From a virus: DNA of 64,000 nucleotides. A program made the position numbers and the translations under genes. Of the stretch, positions 1 to 9,035 are shown piece after piece. A model generated the notes under the pieces. The model was given only the letters and a program-made list of their open reading frames with translations, was not told where the DNA came from and searched no databases. Location of the stretch: IMG/VR virus record IMGVR_UViG_3300046782_000608. The stretch is one strand, 5' to 3'. Position 1 is the stretch's first letter; each line of letters opens with the position of its first letter.

Positions 1-180
1 GGAAAGCAACCGGGACCGGTCCCCGACCTTCGGATTCCGCGCCAACCGCCACCCATGCGGCAACCGCTAAAGAACCGCTACGGAGGCCGCTGAACCGGGA
101 AGCAACCGCTCGCTGTTAGGATATCTAGGCTAGGCAAACCGGCTATCAGAGCGCCGCCGCGCGCGACCGGAAATTCGGGC

Positions 181-206
181 AAAAGAAAAGCGGCCCAAAG
201 GCCGCT
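181..206 (-). terminator. Rho-independent terminator after the SprT-like gene
   Basis: Minus strand reads AGCGGCC-TTTG-GGCCGCT then TTTCTTTT, about 30 nt after the stop at 235. Confidence 0.75.
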
Positions 207-234
207 AATCTCTAATCGGGACCGGGAGCGGCGC

Positions 235-624
235 TTATAGATCTAGGTCTAGCACTTGCCCCTTTTCAACGCGCTTGCGACACGCGCTTATGTTATGCGT
301 CCGAATAGGCTTCTCGCCTAGCCGTATCATCATTTCTTGCCAAGGGTAGTCATGCCCGCTATGCCCGCGCACGCAGCAATCCATAACGTGTGCAAGCTCA
401 TGCAAGAAAGTCCCGATGTGCTCGCGCGGTTCCGCTTGCAACAAACCGGGATGAAGCTTAATCCGCGACCGGTTAGCATTCCCTGCGGTTGTCTTCAAAC
501 GGAAATCATATTCAACGGGAACAAGCCAAAGGGTCGGGAACTTTCCCGACTCATAACTCATTGCCCGTTCAATAACCGGAACAAGCTCTAATTGTTCCGC
601 CAATTGGCGAACCGTGGTTGTCAT
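235..624 (-). CDS. SprT-like zinc metalloprotease, C-terminus QVLDLDL
   Basis: IKLHPGLL...TFLHELAH...GHDYPWQEMMIRLG matches the SprT HEXXH...H..W pattern; GGAAAG RBS upstream. Confidence 0.8.
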   Translation of the reverse strand: MTTTVRQLAEQLELVPVIERAMSYESGKFPTLWLVPVEYDFRLKTTAGNANRSRIKLHPGLLQAEPREHIGTFLHELAHVMDCCVRGHSGHDYPWQEMMIRLGEKPIRTHNISACRKRVEKGQVLDLDL

Positions 625-673
625 TGCTTTCTTTCCTGTTTGTTGGGACTTTGGGATTTATTGGTTTTTGTAG

Positions 674-832
674 TTAGCAACCGGAGCGCCGCGCGTCAGC
701 CGAAAACAGATACCGCCCGCGTACGCTGGTCACTTTGGGGAACCGGGAAGCCAGATAGAAACTACCGCCAAACCGGCCAAGGCGAAAAAAGAACAAACCG
801 CCTACGCGGCGGAATTTGATTTGGTTTGCCAT
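674..832 (-). CDS. 52-aa hypothetical phage protein (MANQIKFRRVGGLFFFRLGRFGGSFYL...)
   Basis: Hand-translated ORF below the track cutoff; GGAAAGGAAAG upstream of ATG. Confidence 0.55.
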   Translation of the reverse strand: MANQIKFRRVGGLFFFRLGRFGGSFYLASRFPKVTSVRGRYLFSADARRSGC

Positions 833-1033
833 TGTCAACTTTCCTTTCCTAGTTTGTTTCGTGCAACGTCATAACGCCAAGGCGAAACAAAGCAACTTGC
901 CTCCAAGTTTCGCCGCGCTTCAATTGGCGCTTTGCCATAGTTGAAAGCAATGCGCGATAATCTGAGTCCTGCCGCACAACGTTGTTATCAATCGCGCGGA
1001 TCGCTGCGGCAAATTCCAGATACGTCATTGCGT

Positions 1034-1201
1034 CTAGTTCCCCTTCCTATTCATCATTTCCGCGAGCTTGCGGCGAAAGAAAGAACCGCCAAATTCCGGC
1101 GCTCCGTTCCGTTCGGCAAGCTCGGCGATCCGCGCGAGCTTAGCGGCAAACTCCCGCTGTTGCTGCGTCAATTCGTAAGCCACATTTGAGTCGGTTTTCA
1201 T
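1034..1201 (-). CDS. hypothetical protein (MKTDSNVAYEL...)
   Basis: ORF track 1034..1276; start trimmed to the ATG with an upstream purine-rich RBS. Confidence 0.5.
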   Translation of the reverse strand: MKTDSNVAYELTQQQREFAAKLARIAELAERNGAPEFGGSFFRRKLAEMMNRKGN

Positions 1202-1287
1202 TGCAGTGTTCCGTTTCCAATCCAACGGAACAAAAATAGGCGCTTTTGCGCCAAATTGCAAGCCCCAACTATTCAAATTTGATCTAA

Positions 1288-1761
1288 TTAGAAGACTGAA
1301 ATCCCCGCAAAGAACCGCGCGACCGCCTCCGACTTAGATTCGGGCAACTTAAATAAAACTTCCTGCAATCCTGCCGAATGCAAGCGCTTGCTTCGCTCAA
1401 CTGAAGTATTGATCCGTTTGGCTACCTTATCCCAAGAATTGATTGGTCGCCCAGAAATCGGATTTACTAGCAACCGAAGATGCAACACTCGCCGCCGGAG
1501 CACAAGCGAGCAATAATTCGGAAATAATAGTATTTCTTCCATTATAGGAATTTCATCTTTACTTGGCGCTGGCACCCGAATCCTATGCTGGGCGCGGAAT
1601 TCCAATACTTGCCAAGCATCGATTGCATAATCCGGCCAAAGCGCGCGCGGTTCCGCCGGTTTTATCTTTCCGGTTGGCATTGCAATAAGTTTCGCTCCGG
1701 CCCAATAAAGCCAAGTTTGCAGCAATTCAGTATTTAATTCGCCACTATTGGCTTCGCTCAT
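1288..1761 (-). CDS. DUF6362-like protein, putative transcription regulator with C-terminal HTH
   Basis: WPDY...PAPS...MEEIL...RRRVL..R...SWDKVAKRINTS..RSKRLHSAGL pattern typical of alphaproteobacterial phage DUF6362; ATGA overlap with the upstream gene. Confidence 0.55.
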   Translation of the reverse strand: MSEANSGELNTELLQTWLYWAGAKLIAMPTGKIKPAEPRALWPDYAIDAWQVLEFRAQHRIRVPAPSKDEIPIMEEILLFPNYCSLVLRRRVLHLRLLVNPISGRPINSWDKVAKRINTSVERSKRLHSAGLQEVLFKLPESKSEAVARFFAGISVF

Positions 1762-2216
1762 AACCGGATAGTTCCCGTTCCAATCCATTGTAATAACGGA
1801 ACTTCCGAATCCAGGGCAGCACTTAGAGAAAGCTTAGGAAACGGGGAACCGGGAACCAAATTCTTAACTAACACGAGCGGCTTTACTGGCTTGTCAAATA
1901 CTGCCCGAACAACGGGGCAATAAAGATCAATCAACTTCTGCATCGCCAACGGGGTGTAAGTGTTCTTTATTTCAACTACTATAATAAAACCCAACTTATT
2001 GTCAAAAATAATCGCGTCTGTAGAGCAAGCGCCGGAACCAAAGTCAGAGTTATAATAAAACCACGGATTGTTTTCTAATTTCATTACTTTGGGCAACACT
2101 TTACGGAGCATTGCTATAGTCGCGCGCTCATACTTCAAACCAATATAGCCGCGACTATTGCTAGCGCGACTTTGATGCACCTTGTCTGGCGCACGGGAGG
2201 CGGAAAGAATTACCAC
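1758..2216 (-). CDS. PD-(D/E)XK restriction-endonuclease-like protein
   Basis: G.KYE helix, STDAIIF, VVEIKN catalytic arrangement. Confidence 0.6.
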   Translation of the reverse strand: MVILSASRAPDKVHQSRASNSRGYIGLKYERATIAMLRKVLPKVMKLENNPWFYYNSDFGSGACSTDAIIFDNKLGFIIVVEIKNTYTPLAMQKLIDLYCPVVRAVFDKPVKPLVLVKNLVPGSPFPKLSLSAALDSEVPLLQWIGTGTIRL

Positions 2217-2231
2217 TAAATTAGGCCGGAA

Positions 2232-2378
2232 CTAGGCCGCGAGCGGTAATTCTTTCCTGTCTTCTGGTCTTTGCGGCGCGGTTACTTTGGCGGTCCCGTT
2301 CCGTACAAAGTTCCAAACAATAGGCCGGCGAACTTTGCTTTGAAACGGAGTAACGATCTTAGTTGCTTCGGTCTTCAT
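2232..2378 (-). CDS. 48-aa hypothetical protein (MKTEATKIVTPFQ...)
   Basis: Hand-translated; fills the gap between neighbours and overlaps the upstream stop. Confidence 0.4.
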   Translation of the reverse strand: MKTEATKIVTPFQSKVRRPIVWNFVRNGTAKVTAPQRPEDRKELPLAA

Positions 2379-2559
2379 TTCTTTGTCTCCTATAGAATTG
2401 AACTAGTCCAACAAACGTCGGATCGAGCTCTAGTTCGGCAATGTTCTTTTCTGTTCTGCCAGTCTTAGCGGAAACTTCAAAAACGGAACAACCATCGGCA
2501 AATAGTCTTGCCGCCTTGTGGTGCTCGCTTCTAAGCCGCTCTAATGTAGTGTTTGACAT
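2359..2559 (-). CDS. small HTH DNA-binding protein
   Basis: HHKAARLFADGCSVFEVSAKTGRT...DPTFVGLVQFYR, HTH-like pattern. Confidence 0.55.
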   Translation of the reverse strand: MSNTTLERLRSEHHKAARLFADGCSVFEVSAKTGRTEKNIAELELDPTFVGLVQFYRRQRNEDRSN

Positions 2560-2640
2560 AACTTTGTCTCAAATTGCAACCATCGGGACCGGATCCAGCG
2601 AGCTAGGATAGTAAGGTAAGCCATGCTGACCTATTTTGAC

Positions 2641-2670
2641 AAAAAAGAACGGGGACCGTTTCCGGTCCCC
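2641..2670 (-). terminator. Rho-independent terminator
   Basis: Minus strand GGGGACCG-GAAA-CGGTCCCC (8-bp stem) followed by GTTCTTTTTT, intergenic. Confidence 0.75.
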
Positions 2671-2737
2671 TATTCCTTTCCTGCGGCGCTTACCAAAACC
2701 CATAGCATTAGAAGTGCCAAGGCAATGATAAGCTGCA

Positions 2738-2920
2738 TTAGACGGTCGCGCCGCGTTGCCAATCGGCAGCAATTAAGAACGCAACCGTTGCCGCCGGAGC
2801 AACAACGTCCGGTCGCAATGTTCCGCGCTTTTTGGCAACGAAATATTCCAACAATTCAGCCGGAATGTCCCGAATGCCATAGTCGCGCGCGAGTTTGATT
2901 CGCACGGTATTGGTAAACAT
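2738..2920 (-). CDS. hypothetical protein (MFTNTVRIKLARDYG...)
   Basis: ORF track; start trimmed to the ATG with GGGAAAGG RBS. Confidence 0.5.
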   Translation of the reverse strand: MFTNTVRIKLARDYGIRDIPAELLEYFVAKKRGTLRPDVVAPAATVAFLIAADWQRGATV

Positions 2921-2997
2921 TGCAACAGCCTTTCCCATGTTTGCAATGAGAAGCGGAAAGCGGGGCATTGCTGCCCCGCAATCCAACCGGGCTGTTG

Positions 2998-3462
2998 CTA
3001 CAGATCGCCCAGATCGCCCAATTCCGCAGTCGCGCCGCCGCCGCTCCCGCGCTTGGCAGGGATATAACCGGCGCTGGCAACTTCGTCGCCAAACTTCACC
3101 ATCAACACGTTCCGATATTTGTCGGAAAGTATCGTGTTGGTGATGGCTTCCTCCGAAGGGTTTGTGACACCCTTGGCGGTTGCCGCGTCCCTGATATACT
3201 TCCGCACGCTATCCGCAGCGGCGAAAGTCTTCTCAAAGAGGCTTACGCGGTCGCGCCCAGCCTCTTTATAACCGGCATTAAACGCGCGCACGATCATATC
3301 GTGCAACTTGTCTGCCGCGTCGGGACCGTGCGCTTCGGCAACGGTTGCGAGTTCCGGCATGTCGGGGATGCGAATGAACTTCCCCGCACCGTCCTTGTCA
3401 ACGGTCGCAAAGTATGCAACCGGCTGAACCCACACAACCGAACCATTTTCCGATTTCGCCAT
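2998..3462 (-). CDS. hypothetical protein, first gene of the leftward unit, C-terminus ELGDLGDL
   Basis: 154-aa ORF with GGAAG RBS, protein-like composition. Confidence 0.7.
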   Translation of the reverse strand: MAKSENGSVVWVQPVAYFATVDKDGAGKFIRIPDMPELATVAEAHGPDAADKLHDMIVRAFNAGYKEAGRDRVSLFEKTFAAADSVRKYIRDAATAKGVTNPSEEAITNTILSDKYRNVLMVKFGDEVASAGYIPAKRGSGGGATAELGDLGDL

Positions 3463-4225
3463 TGTAACAACTTCCTTACGTTGTGGGATGAAACGGCAAC
3501 CGCGTTTTTAGGGTCGCCTATCCCCTTGCCATAGTTCCGCTATGGCGCGGCCTTACTCTCTATCCTAGCCGCTGAAACCACCCAACTTGCCCTTGCTAGC
3601 GTTGCCCCTTTCAGGGTCGCGTGCGGCGCTTGTGGAGGGCACCGCGGGATTGAGTACTAGACGGTTTTGCGGCGAGGCCGCTATGAGGCGTTTCGTGTCG
3701 TTTCGTTAGGTGTAAGATATAGATTGCTCCGGGAATTGCAAGCGCCGCGACCGGGTTTTATGCTGAATTAGATCAAATTTTATCAGTCTGGCGCTTGCCG
3801 CGAAAGGCCGGCCTAGTGGCGTCGGGGACCGCTAGCGGCCTCGGGCATCCCTGCCCCATATGGTGACAGTATATAAGGAACGCGCGCGCGTGCGCCTTTT
3901 TTGGCCGCTAGTCAATCCCCTATCGCAAAAAAGATGGTTAACAAACCGCGCGGCCTCGGGGACCGCTAACTTTGCATACAATTTTATCTAATAGAGGATT
4001 GCAATACTATTCCGTTTCTGTTATTGTAATGTTTCGGTCCCCAAAGAAATGTAGACCCGGAGGCGACGAATGCCTATCCTTATGCTCTATTTGAGCATAT
4101 TGGACCGGGGCTCTTACGATTGCTCCGTTAGTAGTTATGCCGGTTTAAAGCTTTTTGTAAATTTTAAACCCTCGCGCAACAAAGCAAAGCAATGCTAACA
4201 AACCAATATAACAATAACTAACAAT

Positions 4226-4437
4226 ACTACAACTATAACTACAACTAATACTACAAAGAACTACAAAGAACTACAAATACAACTACAACCATTCTTTTGA
4301 CTTAATACCACCAAACACTAAAATCACAATAACAAACCAGCTACAACTACAACTCGAGTATTACTCCAGTTGGACTACAACCACAACTCCATTTCAAGAT
4401 CCAAAGTACCAAAAGCACAACTACAACTACAACTACA
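4226..4437 (+). repeat. ACTACA short-repeat tract (11 exact copies), very G-poor
   Basis: Copies at 4226, 4238, 4250, 4260, 4270, 4282, 4346, 4374, 4420, 4426, 4432. Confidence 0.85.
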
Positions 4438-4470
4438 ACCCACCTATTGGACCAGAATCGGAGGTACCCC

Positions 4471-4683
4471 GTCAGAACAATGTAGCGATGTTTTGGTAGT
4501 AGTACGTCAGAACAACGTAGCGACCCGTCAGAACAATGTAGCCGGGCGTCAGATCAATGCTAGTGGCCAATACAGGCGGTTGCTAACAAGGGGCGTCAGA
4601 ACAATGCAGGCGGTGTCAGAACAATGCAGGGACCAAACTAGGGGGTGCCAGAACAACGTAGCGGTTGGGGTGTCAGAACAATG
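4471..4683 (+). repeat. array of eight GTCAGAACAATG-type direct repeats (iteron-like)
   Basis: Copies start at 4471, 4506, 4527, 4548, 4595, 4615, 4647, 4672; spacings 35, 21, 21, 47, 20, 32, 25. Confidence 0.9.
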
Positions 4684-4705
4684 TAGCTATGTTTTGGATC
4701 AGCAA

Positions 4706-4928
4706 GTAAAAACCATACCATAAAACCACCTGTCAAAAGCCTATACAAGTCGAGGGGGCCGCCTCCCCAGTCTGCCAGAGGTGCCATACTAATAAAAAAA
4801 AAAAAATAATATAATACCCCCTATAGGGAGTATGGCGGTGGCCACCCAATCCAACCCACGTCAGGGTGCGGGCGACCCCCTAGACTTGACAACTGTTTTT
4901 CATTATGGTTTTATGCCCCTGTTTTTAC
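4706..4928. promoter_or_regulatory. 58-bp-arm imperfect inverted repeat around a poly-A tract and CCCTATAGGG palindrome (twin divergent promoter or origin element)
   Basis: Arms 4706-4763 and 4871-4928 align without gaps, 39/58 complementary by hand count. Confidence 0.7.
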
Positions 4929-4956
4929 AACTCTCAACTTATCTCAGGAACCCCCA

Positions 4957-5562
4957 ATGCGCCTAACTCAAGAACGAATAATCGCAATCATAGACTACGC
5001 AGTAAAATACAGCGACGCAATGATTGAAATTCGAGAGCGAATCGTCCCCGAACTACGACATATAAGTTCAACTCTAACCGACGGAACCCAAAAAGAAGCA
5101 ATTGATAACGTCTGTCTATTCATACTCAATCTAACCGAGATTGACATTACTGCTATAAGGGATCTTGCAATCGAAAAGGCCCATTTCAACTCAACCCGAA
5201 TTAAACATAACGAATATATGCGAAGCGCCTACTATCGTCGGAAAGCAAAAAACGCTCATAGCGCAAATCCTCTCGATTTAGGAATGGAATCACCAGGTAT
5301 CAATGACGATCCAATGGCAGCACAACGCGAAGTCTACCTAACTAATACCCGTCAGAACAATGAACATCCACGTCAGAACAATGTAGCTATAGAAGAAGTT
5401 CCACTCCTCGCTCGGATTGAAGCCCAAGCAGCCGAGTATGAAAAATCAAACCAGCCAACACAAAACTCCCCTTCCGAATCCGAGGAAGCCCTTAAAGCAA
5501 AATTCGGTCCCGACTTCCACCCACTTCCGGCCCGAGTTGGATTAAAAAGGAACCAAACCTAA
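4957..5562 (+). CDS. hypothetical protein, first early gene; contains two internal GTCAGAACAATG copies 21 bp apart
   Basis: 201-aa ORF with AGGA RBS; motif copies at 5351 and 5372. Confidence 0.7.
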   Translation: MRLTQERIIAIIDYAVKYSDAMIEIRERIVPELRHISSTLTDGTQKEAIDNVCLFILNLTEIDITAIRDLAIEKAHFNSTRIKHNEYMRSAYYRRKAKNAHSANPLDLGMESPGINDDPMAAQREVYLTNTRQNNEHPRQNNVAIEEVPLLARIEAQAAEYEKSNQPTQNSPSESEEALKAKFGPDFHPLPARVGLKRNQT

Positions 5563-5921
5563 TGGACAACCCCAAACCCGACCTCCAAGTTACCCCAATA
5601 TCTGATCCCAATCCTTGGATTCCAATTCAAAACCCCCTCGACCTAAAACACTTAGGCAAACTTATTGAAGAACTCAACGAAGCCGGCTCGGCAACCGCCC
5701 GTTGTATAATTCAAGGCATAGACGAGGTTGAACCTGTTACTAAAAAATCAAACCGCACTTGGCTTCAAGAAGAACTTGCCGATGTTATTGCAAACATAAA
5801 TCTGGTCATCGAGCATTTCAAACTTAACGTTCCTGCCATCGAAGCACGAATTGATCGCAAATACGACCATTTAAAGAAATGGCACAACATGCTAAACAAC
5901 GACGATCATAAGTTGGACTAA
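5562..5921 (+). CDS. MazG-like nucleotide pyrophosphohydrolase
   Basis: LGKLIEELNEA...LQEELADV, EExxE...ExxD metal-binding helices. Confidence 0.75.
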   Translation: MDNPKPDLQVTPISDPNPWIPIQNPLDLKHLGKLIEELNEAGSATARCIIQGIDEVEPVTKKSNRTWLQEELADVIANINLVIEHFKLNVPAIEARIDRKYDHLKKWHNMLNNDDHKLD

Positions 5922-5925
5922 AGCG

Positions 5926-6246
5926 ATGAGAACCCGTCGTTTCTTCAAAATAACCGAAATAGCTCTCCTGCGAAGATTAGCCGCCGAAGGAAAGTCTCAG
6001 AAGTTCTGCGCCGACCTCCTAGACCGAAATCCTGGAACCATCGCCCAAGCTGGGAAACGATACGGAATTTACTTCCATGCCACAACCGGAAGACCGAAAG
6101 CAACTGAAGCCGAACGCGCCGAACAACGCCAACGACGCGCCGACGCTTGCAGGCGGTGGCGAGCGAAACAAGGCGCCAAAGTAATGCCACAAATGGCTCG
6201 GTTCCCACAGATAGAACGGTTTGACGATCCCAGAGTAATGATCTAA
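5926..6246 (+). CDS. HTH domain protein
   Basis: LAAEGKSQKFCADLLDRNPGTI, HTH-like, plus a basic tail. Confidence 0.55.
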   Translation: MRTRRFFKITEIALLRRLAAEGKSQKFCADLLDRNPGTIAQAGKRYGIYFHATTGRPKATEAERAEQRQRRADACRRWRAKQGAKVMPQMARFPQIERFDDPRVMI

Positions 6247-6263
6247 AGAAGGATGTCAGAACA

Positions 6264-6401
6264 ATGAATGCCAATATCTCACACGAGGCTACAAGAGCTA
6301 AGCATAAAAAACTTATGAACATTTTAGGGACTATACAGATAATTCTCGTTGTAATATTATTAATATTAAAATTATATAATGCTTACCATCACACTTATTA
6401 G
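6264..6401 (+). CDS. 45-aa single-pass membrane peptide
   Basis: Hand-translated MNANISHEATRAKHKKLMNILGTIQIILVVILLILKLYNAYHHTY; ATG lies inside the GTCAGAACAATG motif; AAGGA RBS. Confidence 0.55.
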   Translation: MNANISHEATRAKHKKLMNILGTIQIILVVILLILKLYNAYHHTY

Positions 6402-6416
6402 AAAGACATCAGAACA

Positions 6417-6776
6417 ATGAACGCTCTCGATCGACGAATAAAGTATGCTCTAAACTACGTCGCCGATATGACCTATTGCGGCGCAGACGCCGAATGGCAT
6501 TTCAAGAAAGACTACAATCCCCAAATAGTCCTCGACACTATCGAAATACTAAAGCCTAATTCAACAATAAACATTGGAACCGAAACCACCATTTGCCCTC
6601 GATGCAATAACAAAGTCGAATATGACTTCATCATTAGTCGCGGATATTTCACTAACGGTAGAATCCTACCCTCCCTCGACTACGACCTAATCGCCGACAC
6701 CATATTCCATTCCGAATGTTGGAACAAACAGATAGAAGAGTTTCCGCCTGCATTTAATACAAAGATTGAAAAATAA
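6417..6776 (+). CDS. hypothetical protein with a CPRC motif
   Basis: ORF track; ATG inside the TCAGAACAATG motif. Confidence 0.6.
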   Translation: MNALDRRIKYALNYVADMTYCGADAEWHFKKDYNPQIVLDTIEILKPNSTINIGTETTICPRCNNKVEYDFIISRGYFTNGRILPSLDYDLIADTIFHSECWNKQIEEFPPAFNTKIEK

Positions 6777-6963
6777 ATAGTGCTAAGTGTGACAATTTTG
6801 CAACACAACCTGGGATTGAGTAGCCATCATTTTATTCAACTTATAATACTGCGAACTTTTGCCGCATAGCCATACCCCTTGTCCTTATGCTACCGTCTGG
6901 CTCGGGCGAATTCCGCCAGCACCCCACCCGGAACATTGTTCCGATAACATTGGAAACGCGCAA

Positions 6964-7203
6964 ATGACCGTTCCAAGTCTAAAATCCCAAAATGACGAAA
7001 AAGTCTACGTCAGAAAGCTCCGCCTAAACCAAGGCGGATATACAGACCGTGGAGATTACTACGGTACCGGTTTACCGTTATATGAGTGTTGGAATAATGA
7101 AATATACCAAACATTCCGCGCCGACGATCGTTCACATGCAATAGAGCAATTACGAGACTGTTACAAAGGCCAAGATATAAAAGTCTATAGGGAGGGCAAC
7201 TAA
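6964..7203 (+). CDS. conserved hypothetical phage protein (VRKLRLNQGGY..GDYYGTGLPLY)
   Basis: ORF track 6859..7203, start trimmed; TAATG coupling to the next gene. Confidence 0.6.
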   Translation: MTVPSLKSQNDEKVYVRKLRLNQGGYTDRGDYYGTGLPLYECWNNEIYQTFRADDRSHAIEQLRDCYKGQDIKVYREGN

Positions 7204-7916
7204 TGCCAGCCCCAATCCAAAGCCAACTAACAAATTCCTATCCCACCCCTCGGCAATTCTGGATTTATCGTATCCCCAGCTATATTCGGGGGAAAGATCC
7301 AAAGAATTACAAACCATCCCGCAAAGATGGGTTGCCAATGCTTTGTATTGGCCAATCAGCACAGCAAGCTCGCGAATCAATACGCCTTTTAAATGAAGGC
7401 CCGAACGAAACCCATTTTATTCGTATTCATAGAACCCCACTAGCCAATAACAAAAATTCCCGTCCAACCGGACATGGAATTGCCCGAAGTGAACCGCTTG
7501 CAGTTCCTGAGATTAACAAAACTCCAATTCCAATCCAAGGCCAACTAATAATCCAATGGGACGGAGCTACGCTTCGGGTAGAAGCTCCCGGTCGCAACGG
7601 TTCTCGGCAAAAAGTAGAGGGTGTTTACCTTTCCGACCTTCCACTTGAAATGCAACACTCCCTGCTTTCCCAAGTAGAAGATGCTCGCGACCGCAACCGG
7701 GCCGAACTCCTTGCAACCCAACGCGAAAACATTGCTTACGTTGCCGGCGCTCGGGGAATGGGCGTAGAATTCGCCCGCCAGATTTGGCCATCGGCTACCA
7801 TTACTTCCCGAACAATGCGCGCCCGATTGGCAAAAGCCGGCCAATATGATCCGATTTCCGGTAAAATCCGCGGCGAAACAAAGCCCCAGAAAGAAATCCT
7901 AGATCTGGACCTATAG
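7203..7916 (+). CDS. hypothetical protein, C-terminus KEILDLDL
   Basis: 237-aa ORF, GGAGG RBS. Confidence 0.75.
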   Translation: MPAPIQSQLTNSYPTPRQFWIYRIPSYIRGKDPKNYKPSRKDGLPMLCIGQSAQQARESIRLLNEGPNETHFIRIHRTPLANNKNSRPTGHGIARSEPLAVPEINKTPIPIQGQLIIQWDGATLRVEAPGRNGSRQKVEGVYLSDLPLEMQHSLLSQVEDARDRNRAELLATQRENIAYVAGARGMGVEFARQIWPSATITSRTMRARLAKAGQYDPISGKIRGETKPQKEILDLDL

Positions 7917-7932
7917 GGAGGCAAAGAACCAA

Positions 7933-8193
7933 ATGTTCCGCAAACAAATGATTCCGCCAATCTCAACTATCCATGCCGTTAAAGAGCTTCCACCCGGAAG
8001 CCAATCCCTTGCTGCCAATTCTGGCAACGCACTTCAGTTCTTCCTAGAACATACCAATCATCCAGACCAACATTTCGTCCAAATGATGCACGAAGCAATC
8101 TTATTCGGTTTCTTCATCTATCTCGGCAAGGACGCTCTTCAAATAACCCAACTCGGATATTTGTTCCTAACTCCCAAATCCAAAGGAAATTAG
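7933..8193 (+). CDS. hypothetical protein
   Basis: ORF track, GGGAGG RBS. Confidence 0.6.
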   Translation: MFRKQMIPPISTIHAVKELPPGSQSLAANSGNALQFFLEHTNHPDQHFVQMMHEAILFGFFIYLGKDALQITQLGYLFLTPKSKGN

Positions 8194-8194
8194 C

Positions 8195-8503
8195 ATGACC
8201 GATTTCATGACCGAACTTCCGCGCCGATTTCATGCCCGAGACAAAATCTCGCCCCAATTTACCCGAAGACATTACATTTGGCTCACAAATGCTATGCGCC
8301 AATTATTAAGCAATTTTACCGTCCCAGATAAAGATAACGTTTGGAAATCTGATGCAGAAGAAATTTCCAGTCATCAAACAGACTATTGGGCTGTACAACG
8401 AGGTATTGAAATCTTTGCTGAAATACTCGCAAACGACAACCCCCGTTTCAACAAACAGCAATTTCTCGATAACATCTTCAACCCAACTTCGGAGCCAAAG
8501 TAA
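8195..8503 (+). CDS. hypothetical phage protein with a DNPRFN..QFL motif
   Basis: ORF track; motif recurrent in phage early genes. Confidence 0.65.
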   Translation: MTDFMTELPRRFHARDKISPQFTRRHYIWLTNAMRQLLSNFTVPDKDNVWKSDAEEISSHQTDYWAVQRGIEIFAEILANDNPRFNKQQFLDNIFNPTSEPK

Positions 8504-8736
8504 TGACCGTTCGCCGAACAAAACATCCAATTACTGGCAATTTTGAAGATGCCATTTGGTTGGAAGATTATTTTGGAAGAACCCAAATTGGAATCAAATT
8601 CCAAAGCGGTGAAATTTTCCGCGCCGACGACCACGATTGGCAATTCTTATCTGAGGGAATTCCAATCAACTTTACTATCGCTCGAACCAATTCCAAAATA
8701 ATCGTACAATACAAGTCTGATCTCCCACAAGAATAG
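8503..8736 (+). CDS. hypothetical protein
   Basis: ORF track; TAATG coupling. Confidence 0.6.
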   Translation: MTVRRTKHPITGNFEDAIWLEDYFGRTQIGIKFQSGEIFRADDHDWQFLSEGIPINFTIARTNSKIIVQYKSDLPQE

Positions 8737-8748
8737 AAGGCAGTCCCT

Positions 8749-8988
8749 ATGACCAACAAAGTTTGGCAAACATCCGTCTACGGCAAATCCCACGGAACCA
8801 AGGGAACTTACCATTTCCGCAACCTAGCCGATGTTCTCAAATCGGTTAAAGAAACTTGGTCCAAAGGCACCGTCAGAAAACTAAACATGGCCGACAACTC
8901 CCACGTTTGGGTCTACGAAAACAATGCAGTTGCAGTCGAAGCAATCCAAATCGAGATAACCATCCTCGACAACTGGACCCATTTCTAA
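8749..8988 (+). CDS. hypothetical protein
   Basis: ORF track; GAAGG RBS. Confidence 0.55.
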   Translation: MTNKVWQTSVYGKSHGTKGTYHFRNLADVLKSVKETWSKGTVRKLNMADNSHVWVYENNAVAVEAIQIEITILDNWTHF

Positions 8989-9035
8989 ACCCCAAAAAGC
9001 CCCAAAATCGGGAAACGAGAAAGGACCGTTCCCAA

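Noticed and set aside
4471-4683. CRISPR array
   Set aside because: Repeats are only about 12 bp, spacers are 8-35 bp and irregular, and no cas genes are present (22825..23793 is a RecB-like nuclease in a recombination context)
4886-4909. Canonical sigma70 promoter TTGACA...TATGGT
   Set aside because: The spacer is only 12 bp (13 bp in the mirror copy at the left arm); kept only as part of the inverted-repeat finding
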